Positions 1 through 9,959 of a DNA stretch of 64,000 bases are shown piece after piece; positions within the stretch are counted from its first letter, which is position 1; each line of letters starts with the position of its first letter. Below the pieces are notes generated by a model, which was given only the letters and a program-made list of their open reading frames with translations, had not been told where the DNA came from and did no database searches. The translations under genes and the position numbers were made by a program. This stretch comes from Bdellovibrionota bacterium (GTDB lineage: Bacteria > Bdellovibrionota_C > UBA2361 > CALJRW01), in the NCBI GenBank assembly GCA_041740355.1, contig JBGSMD010000009.1, positions 66,864 through 130,863 on the forward strand, written 5' to 3'.

Positions 1-374
1 TTGTTCAGTAAAAGTAAAACGATACTAAAACCGAAAAACACTCGCCGATTATTATATTATCATTACAATTGTGGCTAGTTAAGACAATTAGGTTTAAGTA
101 TTTTTATTCCTTGCAATCCGCACATATTCGTCCTTGCTTCACAAGATTTGATATAACCGCGTGCCATCCGCTAGGCAATATTATAATCCTCGCCTTCGCT
201 AATGCTTCGGCGTAGCGTACTCGCATAGGCAGGACCCGCCCTCGCTTCTAAAGATATTATAGAGTACTTAAGTTTAGAAAAGCTTTGGCGTGGTGCCATC
301 GCTAGGCGATGGCATTTGATTCTGATATTTATTTATTATATAACTTTTGCCTAATTATATTATTGTTATTGTAG

Positions 375-1025
375 ATGTCAGTCATTAAAAAAACTTCTGT
401 AAAAAAAGAGATCAAAATTGTAAAACGTAGCGTTCCTAAAGTCACTGGCATTTTTATTGATGGCATCAGTCTAGACCGAGCAACTCGTCGTATAAATCGT
501 AAAGTAGAAATTTCTAAATTAGTAAAAAGTCTCTCTGGTGGACTGAAACCAACTGTCTGTCGTTATTACACTATTATTCCCTTTGAAGATGATTCACGTC
601 ATCATTCCTATTTAGATGCCATCCAAAGAGCTGGTGTGGATGTAATCATAAAAAGATTACCTCCTAAAGGAATGGAAAAACAAGTTGATGTTTACCCTGA
701 AATGGCCGCAGATTTACTAGCATTTGCCTTAGGACATTATAATTTTTCAGGATTAAGTAGACTTGAGTCTTATGGTGAGGATACTTGGAACCGAGAAGAT
801 GAGGATAAAAATCAAGAATTAATGACCAACTTTCCCGAAAATATTAAACGCGTGGCCACAATTGTTTGCCCTGCCAGAGCATTAACCTATCCAATTTCTT
901 TGATCTCTGAACTAAAAGTTGATACGATTAGTGCTGATTTTCGTGAAATGGCTGGAAACGACGTCCTCAAAGGCTCTGCTAAATGGATTGATCTTTCTGA
1001 CTCAGAATTAATTTGGAGAGAATAA
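375..1025 (+). CDS. NYN/LabA-like (PIN-fold) domain protein, hypothetical
   Basis: The N-terminal GIFIDGISLD...RYYTII pattern resembles the NYN/LabA-like nuclease fold. It lies immediately upstream of dnaB and abuts it. Confidence 0.45.
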   Translation: MSVIKKTSVKKEIKIVKRSVPKVTGIFIDGISLDRATRRINRKVEISKLVKSLSGGLKPTVCRYYTIIPFEDDSRHHSYLDAIQRAGVDVIIKRLPPKGMEKQVDVYPEMAADLLAFALGHYNFSGLSRLESYGEDTWNREDEDKNQELMTNFPENIKRVATIVCPARALTYPISLISELKVDTISADFREMAGNDVLKGSAKWIDLSDSELIWRE

Positions 1026-2432
1026 TTGTCAAATAACAATTCTCGGATACCGCCCCATTCAGTAGAAGCTGAAGAATCTGTTTTGGGAGCTATATTACTT
1101 GATAATGACTGTATCAACTTTGCTTTAGATAAAGTTAGATCGGAAGATTTTTATCGCGCATCTCACAAGCAAATCTTTCAAGCGATGACCGAGCTGACAG
1201 AAAAGATTGAGCCAATCGATATTATCACTTTAAGCCAAGCCCTTCGGGACAAATCAGTCTTAGAACAGTGTGGTGGTATTGATTATCTTTCCAGACTTTC
1301 ATCATTAGTTCCTAGCTCTGCAAGTATTAGCCATTACTCCAAGTTAGTAAAAGAGATGTCAATTCGCAGGAAATTAATCCACGAAGCCTCGATGATTATT
1401 GGTGATGCTTTTAAAACCGATACGGAACTTCATGATTTCTTAGATCAAGTAGAGCAGAAAATCCTGCGAATCTCAGACGATCGCTCCGGAAGTGGTTTTG
1501 TAAGAGTGTCTGATATCGTTTCAGACTCAATTAGCACTATCGAGCAAATGTATGATCGTAAAGATCCAATCACAGGTGTTAACACTGGGTTTGCTGATTT
1601 AAATAAGCTGACCGCCGGTTTTCAAAAATCAGATTTGATTGTAATTGCAGCACGTCCCGCGATGGGAAAAACTGCTTTAGCACTTTCCATGGCACAACAT
1701 GTTGGAATTAATGAAGGTCTAAACGTTGCTATCTTCTCCTTGGAGATGTCTAAAGAACAACTCGTTTTAAGAACACTTTGTTCTGAGGCTAGAGTTGACA
1801 GTTCCAAAGTTAGAACTGGAAATCTACAGGAAAGAGATTTTCCGAGATTGGTGGATGCTGCCAGCAAAATTTCTGAAGCCCCAATATATATTGATGATAC
1901 CCCGGCACTAACTGTTACAGCAATGCGCGCCAAATGTCGTCGTTTGCACCGCGAAGCACCTCTTTCATTAGTAATTGTCGATTATCTTCAATTAATGAAG
2001 AGTCCACTTTATCAAAACAATCGTGAGCAGGAAATTGCTGATATTTCTCGGTCCTTAAAAGCTTTAGCAAAAGAACTTAGTGTTCCAATTCTAGCTCTTG
2101 GTCAATTAAATCGTTCTGTAGAATCACGAGTTGATAAACGACCAATGATGTCTGACCTACGAGAATCAGGAGCCATTGAACAAGATGCTGATATTATCAT
2201 GTTTATCTATCGGGATGTCGTTTACAATCCAGAGACAGAAGAACCTAATGTTGCTGAATTAATCTTAGCGAAACACCGTTCGGGACCAACTGGTACAGTT
2301 CGATTAGCATTTACTGGTGAATTTACTAGATTTGATAATCTTGATGAACGCCATCAAGGTGATGCCGAGGCTCAGGAAAGTTCGAGTCAACAACGAATGA
2401 TTGAATTAGATTTTGGTGACGACTTACTCTAG
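1026..2432 (+). CDS. dnaB: replicative DNA helicase DnaB
   Basis: 468 aa. The N-terminus reads PHSVEAEESVLGAILLD. Walker A is AARPAMGKTALAL, with downstream DnaB motifs (VDYLQLM, SRSLKALAKEL, ESGAIEQDAD). Confidence 0.95.
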   Translation: MSNNNSRIPPHSVEAEESVLGAILLDNDCINFALDKVRSEDFYRASHKQIFQAMTELTEKIEPIDIITLSQALRDKSVLEQCGGIDYLSRLSSLVPSSASISHYSKLVKEMSIRRKLIHEASMIIGDAFKTDTELHDFLDQVEQKILRISDDRSGSGFVRVSDIVSDSISTIEQMYDRKDPITGVNTGFADLNKLTAGFQKSDLIVIAARPAMGKTALALSMAQHVGINEGLNVAIFSLEMSKEQLVLRTLCSEARVDSSKVRTGNLQERDFPRLVDAASKISEAPIYIDDTPALTVTAMRAKCRRLHREAPLSLVIVDYLQLMKSPLYQNNREQEIADISRSLKALAKELSVPILALGQLNRSVESRVDKRPMMSDLRESGAIEQDADIIMFIYRDVVYNPETEEPNVAELILAKHRSGPTGTVRLAFTGEFTRFDNLDERHQGDAEAQESSSQQRMIELDFGDDLL

Positions 2433-2599
2433 TCGTTAGGATAAAGATTCCAAAGAAAACCAATAAACCTGTCTCACAATAAAGCTAAATAATAACTTAA
2501 CTAATGCACTTAGTAGGATTTAAGAATTAGTGTCTAACTTTACCGTTTGACTAACACATGAGTGATCGTAGCTTTGACAAACAGTATGCTTGGGATTTA

Positions 2600-3562
2600 C
2601 TATAAAATTACACACTCGCTGATAATCGGATCTTCTTCAAATTGCAGACAGGTCTTTTTCAATTCTTGAATTAGATTAGTAGGCCAATAGAGCCTAACGT
2701 CCGGCTTTAATCTGCCAGTTCTCCAGAGTGCTGGTAAGATCTTATCAACAAGTGCCTCGCGATCATCCTCTTCCCATTCAGGTTTATTTAAAATCTCTAA
2801 ATACTGTAAGTCTAAAGAGAATTTTGCTTTCTCACCACTTAGCAATCTCATTTGATTAATTAACTTTACGGATTGCTCGGAATTAGCAACCTGCGTCATT
2901 AGTAATTGCCAAGTTAAAAACTCTTGGTCAGCTTTATTTAAACGGTTAGGATTAATTTTTAAATCTTCAGAGAAATGATCAAATCCAACTGCCACTTCTA
3001 AGCGAGCGTAGTTAGCCTTAGATTCTGGATTATTAAATAAATGATAACTATGGCCGGCATATTTTAATGCTAAGAATTCCTCTCCGATTAAAAAATAAAT
3101 CGCGCTTAAATTTTCAGCAATGGTTGCTTGATAATCAACAACTTCTAGTTCACGAGCTTGAGTTAAACATTGTTTAAAACTTTTGATAGCTGATTGATAA
3201 TCACCTTTGGCTTGGTAGTACTTAGCAAAAAGTATTTTAACGTCTAAATCATTAGGTAGCCTAAGTGATAATTGATCGATTGATTCTTTGGCAAGATCAA
3301 ACTGACGAGTACGAATTAAAGTATTTACCAAATTAACTTCAATGTTTTTTCTCTTCGGAAATAAATAATCCGCTTCACGAAATTTCATTTCCGCATTAAA
3401 ATACCTTCCTTTCAGAAAATAATCACTTCCTTCGCGAACAAGTTGTATTGCCAACTGTTCATCTTGCGGAACAAAATTACTTATCCCTCTTAAATCTTCA
3501 TTAGGTAAAGCACAGCCACCAAAAGCAGAAATTAGACAGAGAAAAAAAAGAAGATGCCTCAT
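2600..3562 (-). CDS. TPR-like repeat lipoprotein, hypothetical
   Basis: Signal peptide with a lipobox (LISAFGGC). Helical repeat content is rich in Y/A/L and looks TPR-like. Last gene of the minus-strand DprE cluster. Confidence 0.45.
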   Translation of the reverse strand: MRHLLFFLCLISAFGGCALPNEDLRGISNFVPQDEQLAIQLVREGSDYFLKGRYFNAEMKFREADYLFPKRKNIEVNLVNTLIRTRQFDLAKESIDQLSLRLPNDLDVKILFAKYYQAKGDYQSAIKSFKQCLTQARELEVVDYQATIAENLSAIYFLIGEEFLALKYAGHSYHLFNNPESKANYARLEVAVGFDHFSEDLKINPNRLNKADQEFLTWQLLMTQVANSEQSVKLINQMRLLSGEKAKFSLDLQYLEILNKPEWEEDDREALVDKILPALWRTGRLKPDVRLYWPTNLIQELKKTCLQFEEDPIISECVIL

Positions 3563-3612
3563 AATATATGCTTAACTTAATGATGGAATAGGTTTAAAAC
3601 TTTCGCCAAGCA

Positions 3613-4380
3613 CTACAACTTTAATCTTTTAAAAATTGTTTCAGGAATAATCTTAATAATCATCATGATATATCGCCAGAACCAAGGCACATAGATTACG
3701 TCCTTCTTGGTTTCAATTGCCTTTTTAATATCTAAAGCAATTACTTCTGGTTTTACAAATAGAAAATTCTTTTTCACATCAGCTGTCATTGGAGTATCAA
3801 TAAAGCCCGGCTTAATTGTTAATACTTGTACACCATCCGCGTATAAACGATTACGCAGACCTTGAAGTAACAATGTTAGTGCTCCCTTAGCGGCTCCATA
3901 GATGTAATTACTCTGTCGACCACGATCTCCTGCAACTGATGAAATCACAGCAATCGTCCCCTGCTTTCTTTGACTAAAATAATTAGCGAGTGAAGTTAAA
4001 ATTGAAACGACACTAATAAAATTTACGTCCAGCTCTTGTTGTGCTTGACTAAAATCCATCTCCAATGACTTTTGTTTCCCTAAAGAACCATAAGCCACTA
4101 AAGCAATATCAAAATCACCGAACCCTTGATTAATATTTTTAAATAGTTCGATGTGATCTTCAGACTTGGCCAACGCAAACTCAATTAAGTGTATTTTTTT
4201 TGCTCCTCGAGCCAATAAATCAGCTTCAGTGTCGATTAGCTTTTCATGATTTCTAGCTATCAAACAAAGTTCCGCCCCTTGCTCGGCGTATAAGCGTGCT
4301 GTAGCTAAAGCAATCGCTGAAGTTGCACCAAAAATTATTATTTTACTCATCTTGTAACTCTCTTCCAAAAATCTGAACAA
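3613..4380 (-). CDS. short-chain dehydrogenase, DprE2-like (decaprenylphospho-2-keto-ribose reductase family)
   Basis: GATSAIA Rossmann motif, an SDR YxxxK pair (YIYGAAK) and IKPGFIDTPM. The C-terminal WFWRYIMMIIKIIPETIFKRL tail closely matches the M. tuberculosis DprE2 C-terminus (AFRYVMMVLRHIPRPIFRKL). It overlaps the DprE1-like gene by 34 bp. Confidence 0.8.
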   Translation of the reverse strand: MFRFLEESYKMSKIIIFGATSAIALATARLYAEQGAELCLIARNHEKLIDTEADLLARGAKKIHLIEFALAKSEDHIELFKNINQGFGDFDIALVAYGSLGKQKSLEMDFSQAQQELDVNFISVVSILTSLANYFSQRKQGTIAVISSVAGDRGRQSNYIYGAAKGALTLLLQGLRNRLYADGVQVLTIKPGFIDTPMTADVKKNFLFVKPEVIALDIKKAIETKKDVIYVPWFWRYIMMIIKIIPETIFKRLKL

Positions 4381-5639
4381 AAATTAGGATCTTTAAATTC
4401 CGCAAACTCTTTCCACTTAGGATAATAAACCATAAAACTCTCTTTTGGAAAGATTGCATCCTTCGCAGGATAACTAGCACCACCTAACTCTCGAACTTTT
4501 AAATCTAAATTTTTTAGTAAGTCTCTAGTTGTCGCGCAATTAGGAAAATCAAGGCAAAGTGTTATTCCGGGACGTGGGAACGACAATATACCAGGGGAAA
4601 CAACATCTCCAAACTCCTTTAAAACAGCCAGAAAAGATGCCCGACCAGAAGTTACCACCATTTGCATGATCTTTTTAATTCCCTCCAAGCGATCGTCACT
4701 CGGCACAACACATTGAAATTGCAGTAAGCCGGCAGAGCCATAGATTCGATTCCAATTATTAACACCATCTAATGGATAAAAAAATGGATCATAGTGTACT
4801 TCCGAGGATTTTAGTTTTGGACGTTGCCGATGATAATAGAGAGCATTAAAGGCACTAACTGTATATTTATTAAGTGCAAAACTTGGAAAATTAAATGGCA
4901 CAGAAAGTGGTAACTTTTTTGGATTATAATTTGTACTGAGAGTCAGACTATGATTTCCTCTAATAAAGTGACCACGCGCAAAGTTCTCGCCTGTGCTTAC
5001 ACAATCTAGCCAAGCGACGGTATACTCAAAATTTTTGGAACTAGCTGATATTTCCATGAACTCTTCAAGTCCTTTGAATTTAATCACTTCCTGTTGGATT
5101 AAGGGACCAGCCACTTTCTTAAGTTGAATCTGAGCACTAACAATTAAACCCGTTAATCCCAAACCAGCAATAGTTGCTTTAAATAAATCTGAATTATTAT
5201 TTGGAGAACAATGATAAATTGTCTGATTAGAACGAAGCAATTTTAAACTCTTAACGAAACATCCGAAAGTCCCACCTTGATGATGATTCTTTCCATGAAT
5301 ATCGTTGGCAATCGCACCACCAATGGTCACATATTTGGTCCCTGGAGAAACGGGAAGAAACCACCCCTGCGGCAGTGCAAACTTAATCAAATCTTGCAGG
5401 CTTAAGCCTGCTTCACAATCTAAAACACCAGTTTTAATATCAAAATTTATAATCTTATTTAAACCAGTGGTTACTAAAAGCTCGCCATTATTATTCAAAC
5501 AAGAATCGCCATAACTTCGACCTAGGCCATAGGCTAAGTATGTCTTGCTAGGGTCAAACTCAGGTAACTCAGACTGCCAGTATAGAGGAATTGAATGATG
5601 TTTGGCTTTTGGATAACGTCCCCAAGATAAATATTCCAT
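4347..5639 (-). CDS. FAD-dependent oxidase, DprE1-like (decaprenylphosphoryl-ribose 2'-oxidase family)
   Basis: The 100-residue stretch GLGRSYGD...[32 protein letters not shown] is near-collinear with M. tuberculosis DprE1 (GLGRSYGD...[32 protein letters not shown]). FAD-binding PCMH-type domain. Confidence 0.85.
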   Translation of the reverse strand: [430 protein letters not shown]

Positions 5640-5750
5640 TTCTATAAAAATATAAATTTACAAATAAAACAGTTTCTCAATTTTTGAGATATACTTTAAA
5701 CCCTAATTTTTTCCTACCCAGCTAATTAAAGAATCACAGGTTAACATGTC

Positions 5751-7193
5751 CTATTTTGCTAAATACAAAATAACAACTGCAATCAATCCAACTAAATAAC
5801 TAGCACGATCTTTTAACGCAAAAATTACAGGATCCTCATTTACTTGACCGCGGTTTGCTAAGATCCAAATTCGAGTAATCCAATACAGCAATAAGGGACA
5901 GATCATCCAAAGAAACTCAAGGTCACGATAAAGAACACCGAGGCCACTATTATTAATATAAAGTGCCATAACCAAAACTGAGACTAAGCCTCCGGAGACA
6001 CCCACAATTGCTACTATATTCAAATCTAATGCTGAATATCCCCGCCGAACAATACTATTACTAAGATTTGCTGATTTAACTAACTCCACATAGCGTTTGA
6101 GTCCAGCTAAACTAAAAAAGAAAAACATTGAAAAAGCCATTAACCAAAAGGAAACAACAATATTAGTTGCAAATCCACCTGCTAAAATTCTTACTGTGTA
6201 GAGTAATGACAAGATAATAATATCCAGCACTACTACTTGTTTAAAATAGGCTGAGTATGCAGTTGTAATTAGGAAATAAATTAATAAAATAAATGCAAAA
6301 TTAATTGGTAAAAAACATGTTAAAGAAATAGCACCAAGCAACAAAGCCGGGACTAGAACAAAGACATATTTAATAGGGAAATCAGCCGAAGCTAAAGGAC
6401 GTTTATTTTTAGACTGATGCAAGCGATCTGCTTCTAAGTCTGCCAAATCATTTAAGACATAAACCGCCGAGGCAGTTAAAGAAAAGACTACAAAAGCTAG
6501 CAGAGCCGACCAGAGCTCCTCTATTAGGAAAACCTTATGTGCTAAACAAAGAGGCAAAAACATTAGTAAGTTTTTAGCCCACTGATGTGGTCGCAGTAAT
6601 TTAATTAAAGATTTCCTAATTGAACGATACTGTTCATTAAATAAGTATTTAGGTTGTTTAATAGCACATGCTTTACTTAGCAATTTGCTGCTAGCATTAA
6701 CTGCCACGATTTCCTCTGCTTCAGCCCAAATCACCAAATCTGAATGGTCATTGCCACAATACTCAAAGGGCGCACCTTTAGTATATTCTTTGATCTTAGC
6801 GAGTTTATTCTTCCCTAGATTATTATAATCGACAGAACTAGCAATATAGTCTTCAAACACCGGAAAATGCTGAACGACCTGCTTAGCCCACAACTCATTA
6901 CTAGCAGTAGCTAAGATAATTTTTCGTCCGGTATTTTTTTCATTTATTAGATAATCAAAAAAATGTACCGTTAAAGGAGTCAGCTGTAAGTCAGGCTTTA
7001 CGTGCTCAGCGAGAAAGGCCTTAGCAGGTGCCTTTCCACTTGAAATTAAAATCCAAAGAACCTGAAAAAATCTCCAAGGATTGCTTTTTAAAAGAGTGAT
7101 TAAGCCTTCAAAAAAAAGATCACTTTTAAATAAAGTGCCATCTAAGTCGACAAAAATGTAATTCGAACTCTCTTTGGCTTGTTCCATATTCAA
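5751..7193 (-). CDS. fusion of a HAD-like phosphatase domain (N-terminal) and a UbiA-family polyprenyl-phosphate phosphoribosyltransferase (C-terminal, DPPR synthase-like)
   Basis: The N-terminus carries HAD motif I (FVDLDGTLF). The C-terminal half has multiple TM segments and the motif AFVVFSLTASAVYVLNDLADLEADR, nearly identical to M. tuberculosis Rv3806c (AFVVFSLAASAVYLVNDVRDVEADR). Confidence 0.8.
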   Translation of the reverse strand: MNMEQAKESSNYIFVDLDGTLFKSDLFFEGLITLLKSNPWRFFQVLWILISSGKAPAKAFLAEHVKPDLQLTPLTVHFFDYLINEKNTGRKIILATASNELWAKQVVQHFPVFEDYIASSVDYNNLGKNKLAKIKEYTKGAPFEYCGNDHSDLVIWAEAEEIVAVNASSKLLSKACAIKQPKYLFNEQYRSIRKSLIKLLRPHQWAKNLLMFLPLCLAHKVFLIEELWSALLAFVVFSLTASAVYVLNDLADLEADRLHQSKNKRPLASADFPIKYVFVLVPALLLGAISLTCFLPINFAFILLIYFLITTAYSAYFKQVVVLDIIILSLLYTVRILAGGFATNIVVSFWLMAFSMFFFFSLAGLKRYVELVKSANLSNSIVRRGYSALDLNIVAIVGVSGGLVSVLVMALYINNSGLGVLYRDLEFLWMICPLLLYWITRIWILANRGQVNEDPVIFALKDRASYLVGLIAVVILYLAK

Positions 7194-7943
7194 TTATTTT
7201 ACTGTATCAGTGTTTGGTAAAAACCAACCAAACCACTTTTGTTTCCAGGCAGGATTATTCCAAGTATTATATTTAATGATTGCATATATGGCGCGAAAGC
7301 CATCTCGCCAACCAATCTTTTTGCCCTCTTCGTAGGTTCTACCGTAATAAGAAATACCAACTTCAAAAATACGTGCCTTGGAGCGAGCAATCTTCGCGGT
7401 AATCTCTGGCTCAAAACCAAAACGTTCTTCTTCAATTTGAATATTTTGGATTATCTCACGGCGGAAAACTTTATAACAAGTTTCCATGTCAGTTAAATTG
7501 ATGTTCGTAAACATATTAGATAACAACGTCAGAAACTTATTCCCCATCATGTGCCAAAAATATACTACGCGGTGAGGCGCTGCACCCATAAATCTAGAAC
7601 CAAACACAACATCAGCCCGATCTTTTAAGATTGGCTCAATTAAAATTGCATATTCTTGGGGATCGTATTCCAAGTCAGCGTCTTGAATAATAACTAAGTC
7701 TCCGGTTGCTTCTTTAATACCAGTTCTCAAGGCTGCACCTTTCCCCTGATTATAATCATGATAAATAATCTTACTAACTCGTTCTACAACCTCTTCTCTT
7801 AAAAGCTCTCGTGTACCATCAGTTGAAAAATCATCCACAATGATAATTTCCAAATCTCTAACAGGTGAAGCTTTAACAGCATCAATAATTTGATGAATCG
7901 TTTCTTTTTCGTTGTAACAAGGAATAATAACGGATAGTTTCAT
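7194..7943 (-). CDS. GT2 family glycosyltransferase (polyprenyl-phosphate sugar synthase, DPM1/ArnC-like)
   Basis: VIIPCYNE...[11 protein letters not shown] and a DAD-like motif ([10 protein letters not shown]) typical of GT2 dolichyl/undecaprenyl-phosphate glycosyltransferases. First gene of the operon, adjacent to the UbiA fusion. Confidence 0.7.
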   Translation of the reverse strand: MKLSVIIPCYNEKETIHQIIDAVKASPVRDLEIIIVDDFSTDGTRELLREEVVERVSKIIYHDYNQGKGAALRTGIKEATGDLVIIQDADLEYDPQEYAILIEPILKDRADVVFGSRFMGAAPHRVVYFWHMMGNKFLTLLSNMFTNINLTDMETCYKVFRREIIQNIQIEEERFGFEPEITAKIARSKARIFEVGISYYGRTYEEGKKIGWRDGFRAIYAIIKYNTWNNPAWKQKWFGWFLPNTDTVK

Positions 7944-8196
7944 TTTAATGCTGATTTAAAAGGATAAATATATTAAGTATTTAGTAATGACAAAAATATT
8001 GAGTTCATAACTTAAACTCCTAGCTCATTTGGGGTATTACTTTTGGACTTAATATATAGCCAAAGATGCTTAAATTTACAATGTACAGAAAGCAGATCTA
8101 CTCTTATACTAACATCAGGCTTTTTGTGTATTTTGAAAGCCGTAAGTGGACTAATTAATGCCATTTTTGCAATAAACATAAATCTAAATATCTGAT

Positions 8197-9111
8197 ATGA
8201 AAGTTAATAATATCCTGGAAACTATTGGCAATACTCCCCATGTAAAAATCAACAAACTCTTTGGTCCAAGTCAAAATGTTTGGATGAAACTAGAGCGCGC
8301 CAACCCCGGTGCTAGTATCAAAGACAGAATTGCTTTAGCAATGATTGAAGATGCTGAAAAAAGTGGCCAGCTTACAAAAAGTGGAGTGATTATTGAACCA
8401 ACTTCTGGAAATACTGGTATAGGATTGGCAATGGTCTGTGCTGTAAAAGGTTATCGACTAATATTAGTCATGCCAGAATCAATGTCTTTGGAAAGACGAC
8501 GATACATGCAAAATTTGGGAGCGGAATTAGTTTTAACTCCTAGAGAATTAGGAATGAAAGGGGCAATTCAAAAATCTATTGAACTCGTAGAGACAACACC
8601 GAATGCTTGGTCGCCTGACCAATTTTCTAATCCCGCTAATATTGAAGTACATGTTAAAACTACTGCCCAAGAAATCTTAAAAGATTTTCCAGAAGGTTTG
8701 GATTACTTAATTACCGGAGTAGGAACCGGTGGACATATCACTGCCTGTGCACAAGAACTAAAAAAACATTTTCCAAAACTTCAAGTCTTTGCAGTTGAAC
8801 CAACAATTTCTGCTGTAATTTCCGGAGAAGCTCCTGGCCCTCATCCAATTCAAGGTATTGGAGCTGGGTTTATACCCAAGAACCTAAATATGGAGCTATT
8901 AGACGGGATAATAAAAGTTGATCCCAAATCAGCCTTTGAAATGGCTAGACGTTGTGTAAAAGAAGAGGGTATTTTTATTGGAGTATCATCCGGCGCATCG
9001 CTCGCTGCAGTTGAACAAAAGTTACAGGAGATACCAGCGGGAAAAACAGTACTAACCTTCTGTTATGATACTGGAGAGCGGTATTTGTCTGTAAATGAAC
9101 TATTTATATAA
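8197..9111 (+). CDS. cysK: cysteine synthase A (O-acetylserine sulfhydrylase)
   Basis: Contains [10 protein letters not shown] (CysK GxGxxG/TSGNT motif) and GTGGTITG-like [10 protein letters not shown]. Length 304 aa. Confidence 0.9.
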   Translation: MKVNNILETIGNTPHVKINKLFGPSQNVWMKLERANPGASIKDRIALAMIEDAEKSGQLTKSGVIIEPTSGNTGIGLAMVCAVKGYRLILVMPESMSLERRRYMQNLGAELVLTPRELGMKGAIQKSIELVETTPNAWSPDQFSNPANIEVHVKTTAQEILKDFPEGLDYLITGVGTGGHITACAQELKKHFPKLQVFAVEPTISAVISGEAPGPHPIQGIGAGFIPKNLNMELLDGIIKVDPKSAFEMARRCVKEEGIFIGVSSGASLAAVEQKLQEIPAGKTVLTFCYDTGERYLSVNELFI

Positions 9112-9196
9112 ATAATTAAGCGAATCCTTGCTTAAGATGCTTATTTTAAGCTATTATATTAGCTCTATTCTATTCTTTAATTCTTGATAAATACCA

Positions 9197-9526
9197 ATGC
9201 AAAGATCTTCTGAAGAACAAATTCTTTTCAATGAAAACTACTACAAGCGTCAGTTTGAGCTTTTAGAATACATGTACAAAGATGCAGAAAAACAAGGCCT
9301 TGCTCCTACAGAAGCAAATTACACTGTTAAAATAATGGCTGAAGGTTCAAAGCTTAAAAATGAGGACGAAATCCTACGTTTCCTTTACATCATGGAAGGA
9401 CAAAAGCTTGTATCCCCTTACCCACATGGTGACTTTACTTCAGATTTTTGGTGCTTAACTGCTTATGGCGAAGACATTGCTCGTAAGCTTGTTATGGGTT
9501 CAATTGATCTTGAAGAGCTTTGGTAG
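9197..9526 (+). CDS. hypothetical protein
   Basis: ORF of 109 aa followed by a clear rho-independent terminator. No recognisable motif. Confidence 0.4.
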   Translation: MQRSSEEQILFNENYYKRQFELLEYMYKDAEKQGLAPTEANYTVKIMAEGSKLKNEDEILRFLYIMEGQKLVSPYPHGDFTSDFWCLTAYGEDIARKLVMGSIDLEELW

Positions 9527-9551
9527 AAAGTATCTAAGGCCTATTAAAAAA

Positions 9552-9592
9552 GTCCGCCGAAGTCTATTCCAGATTTCGGTGGATTTTTTTTG
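9552..9592 (+). terminator. rho-independent terminator
   Basis: Hairpin gtccgccgaagtc...agatttcggtgga followed by a T8 tract. Confidence 0.7.
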
Positions 9593-9625
9593 TTCTTTTT
9601 TAGGTTAGATTAAAACTTTCTTTAG

Positions 9626-9959
9626 CTAGGCAATCCGTCTTCGCTAGAAGTTATTTAAAGATAAGAAGTTGTTTAAATGCTACGACGCGATAAATCCGTC
9701 TTCGCTAGAAGTTATTTAAGAATTAGATGATATTTATGGGCTCTGACGAGATCTTTTTTCTTCCTCTTCGATGAAATCGAAACTATCATTAGCCAGGCAA
9801 TCCGTCTTCGCTAGAAGTTATTTAAAGATAAGAAGTTGTTTAAATGCTACGACGCGATAAATCCATCTTCGCTAGAAGTTATTTAAGAGTTGGAAGATGT
9901 TTAGAGGCTACGAAGTGATCTTTTTTTCATTTTCGATGAAATCGAAAATGAAAAAAAGA
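9626..9959. repeat. tandem direct repeat, 2 x ~167 bp
   Basis: Unit 1 is 9626-9792 and unit 2 is 9793-9959, about 90% identical. Each unit carries an internal ~30-nt direct repeat (atccgtcttcgctagaagttatttaa) and a palindromic tttcgatgaaatcgaaa hairpin. Confidence 0.85.
9921..9955 (-). terminator. rho-independent terminator of rnpB (bidirectional hairpin inside tandem repeat unit 2)
   Basis: cattttcgat-gaa-atcgaaaatg hairpin flanked by A/T tracts on both sides. Confidence 0.6.

Noticed and set aside
100-330. GC-rich ORF-free island at the window start examined for SRP RNA, 6S RNA or tmRNA
   Set aside because: None of the conserved SRP domain IV, tmRNA tag or acceptor motifs were found. It best fits the dispersed intergenic repeat family (ctaggcaat / cttcgcta motifs, gccatcgc-tagg-cgatggc palindrome).
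887-1117. Numerous short antisense ORFs inside dnaB, infB, nusA, metH, the ABC ATPase and others (e.g. 887-1117, 1622-1933, 36439-36693, 39201-39655, 58514-58768)
   Set aside because: They are embedded in or antisense to strongly supported housekeeping CDSs and have no independent signals.
9626-9959. Tandem repeats considered as a CRISPR array
   Set aside because: Only two copies of a 167-bp unit with no short repeat-spacer periodicity. No cas genes nearby.
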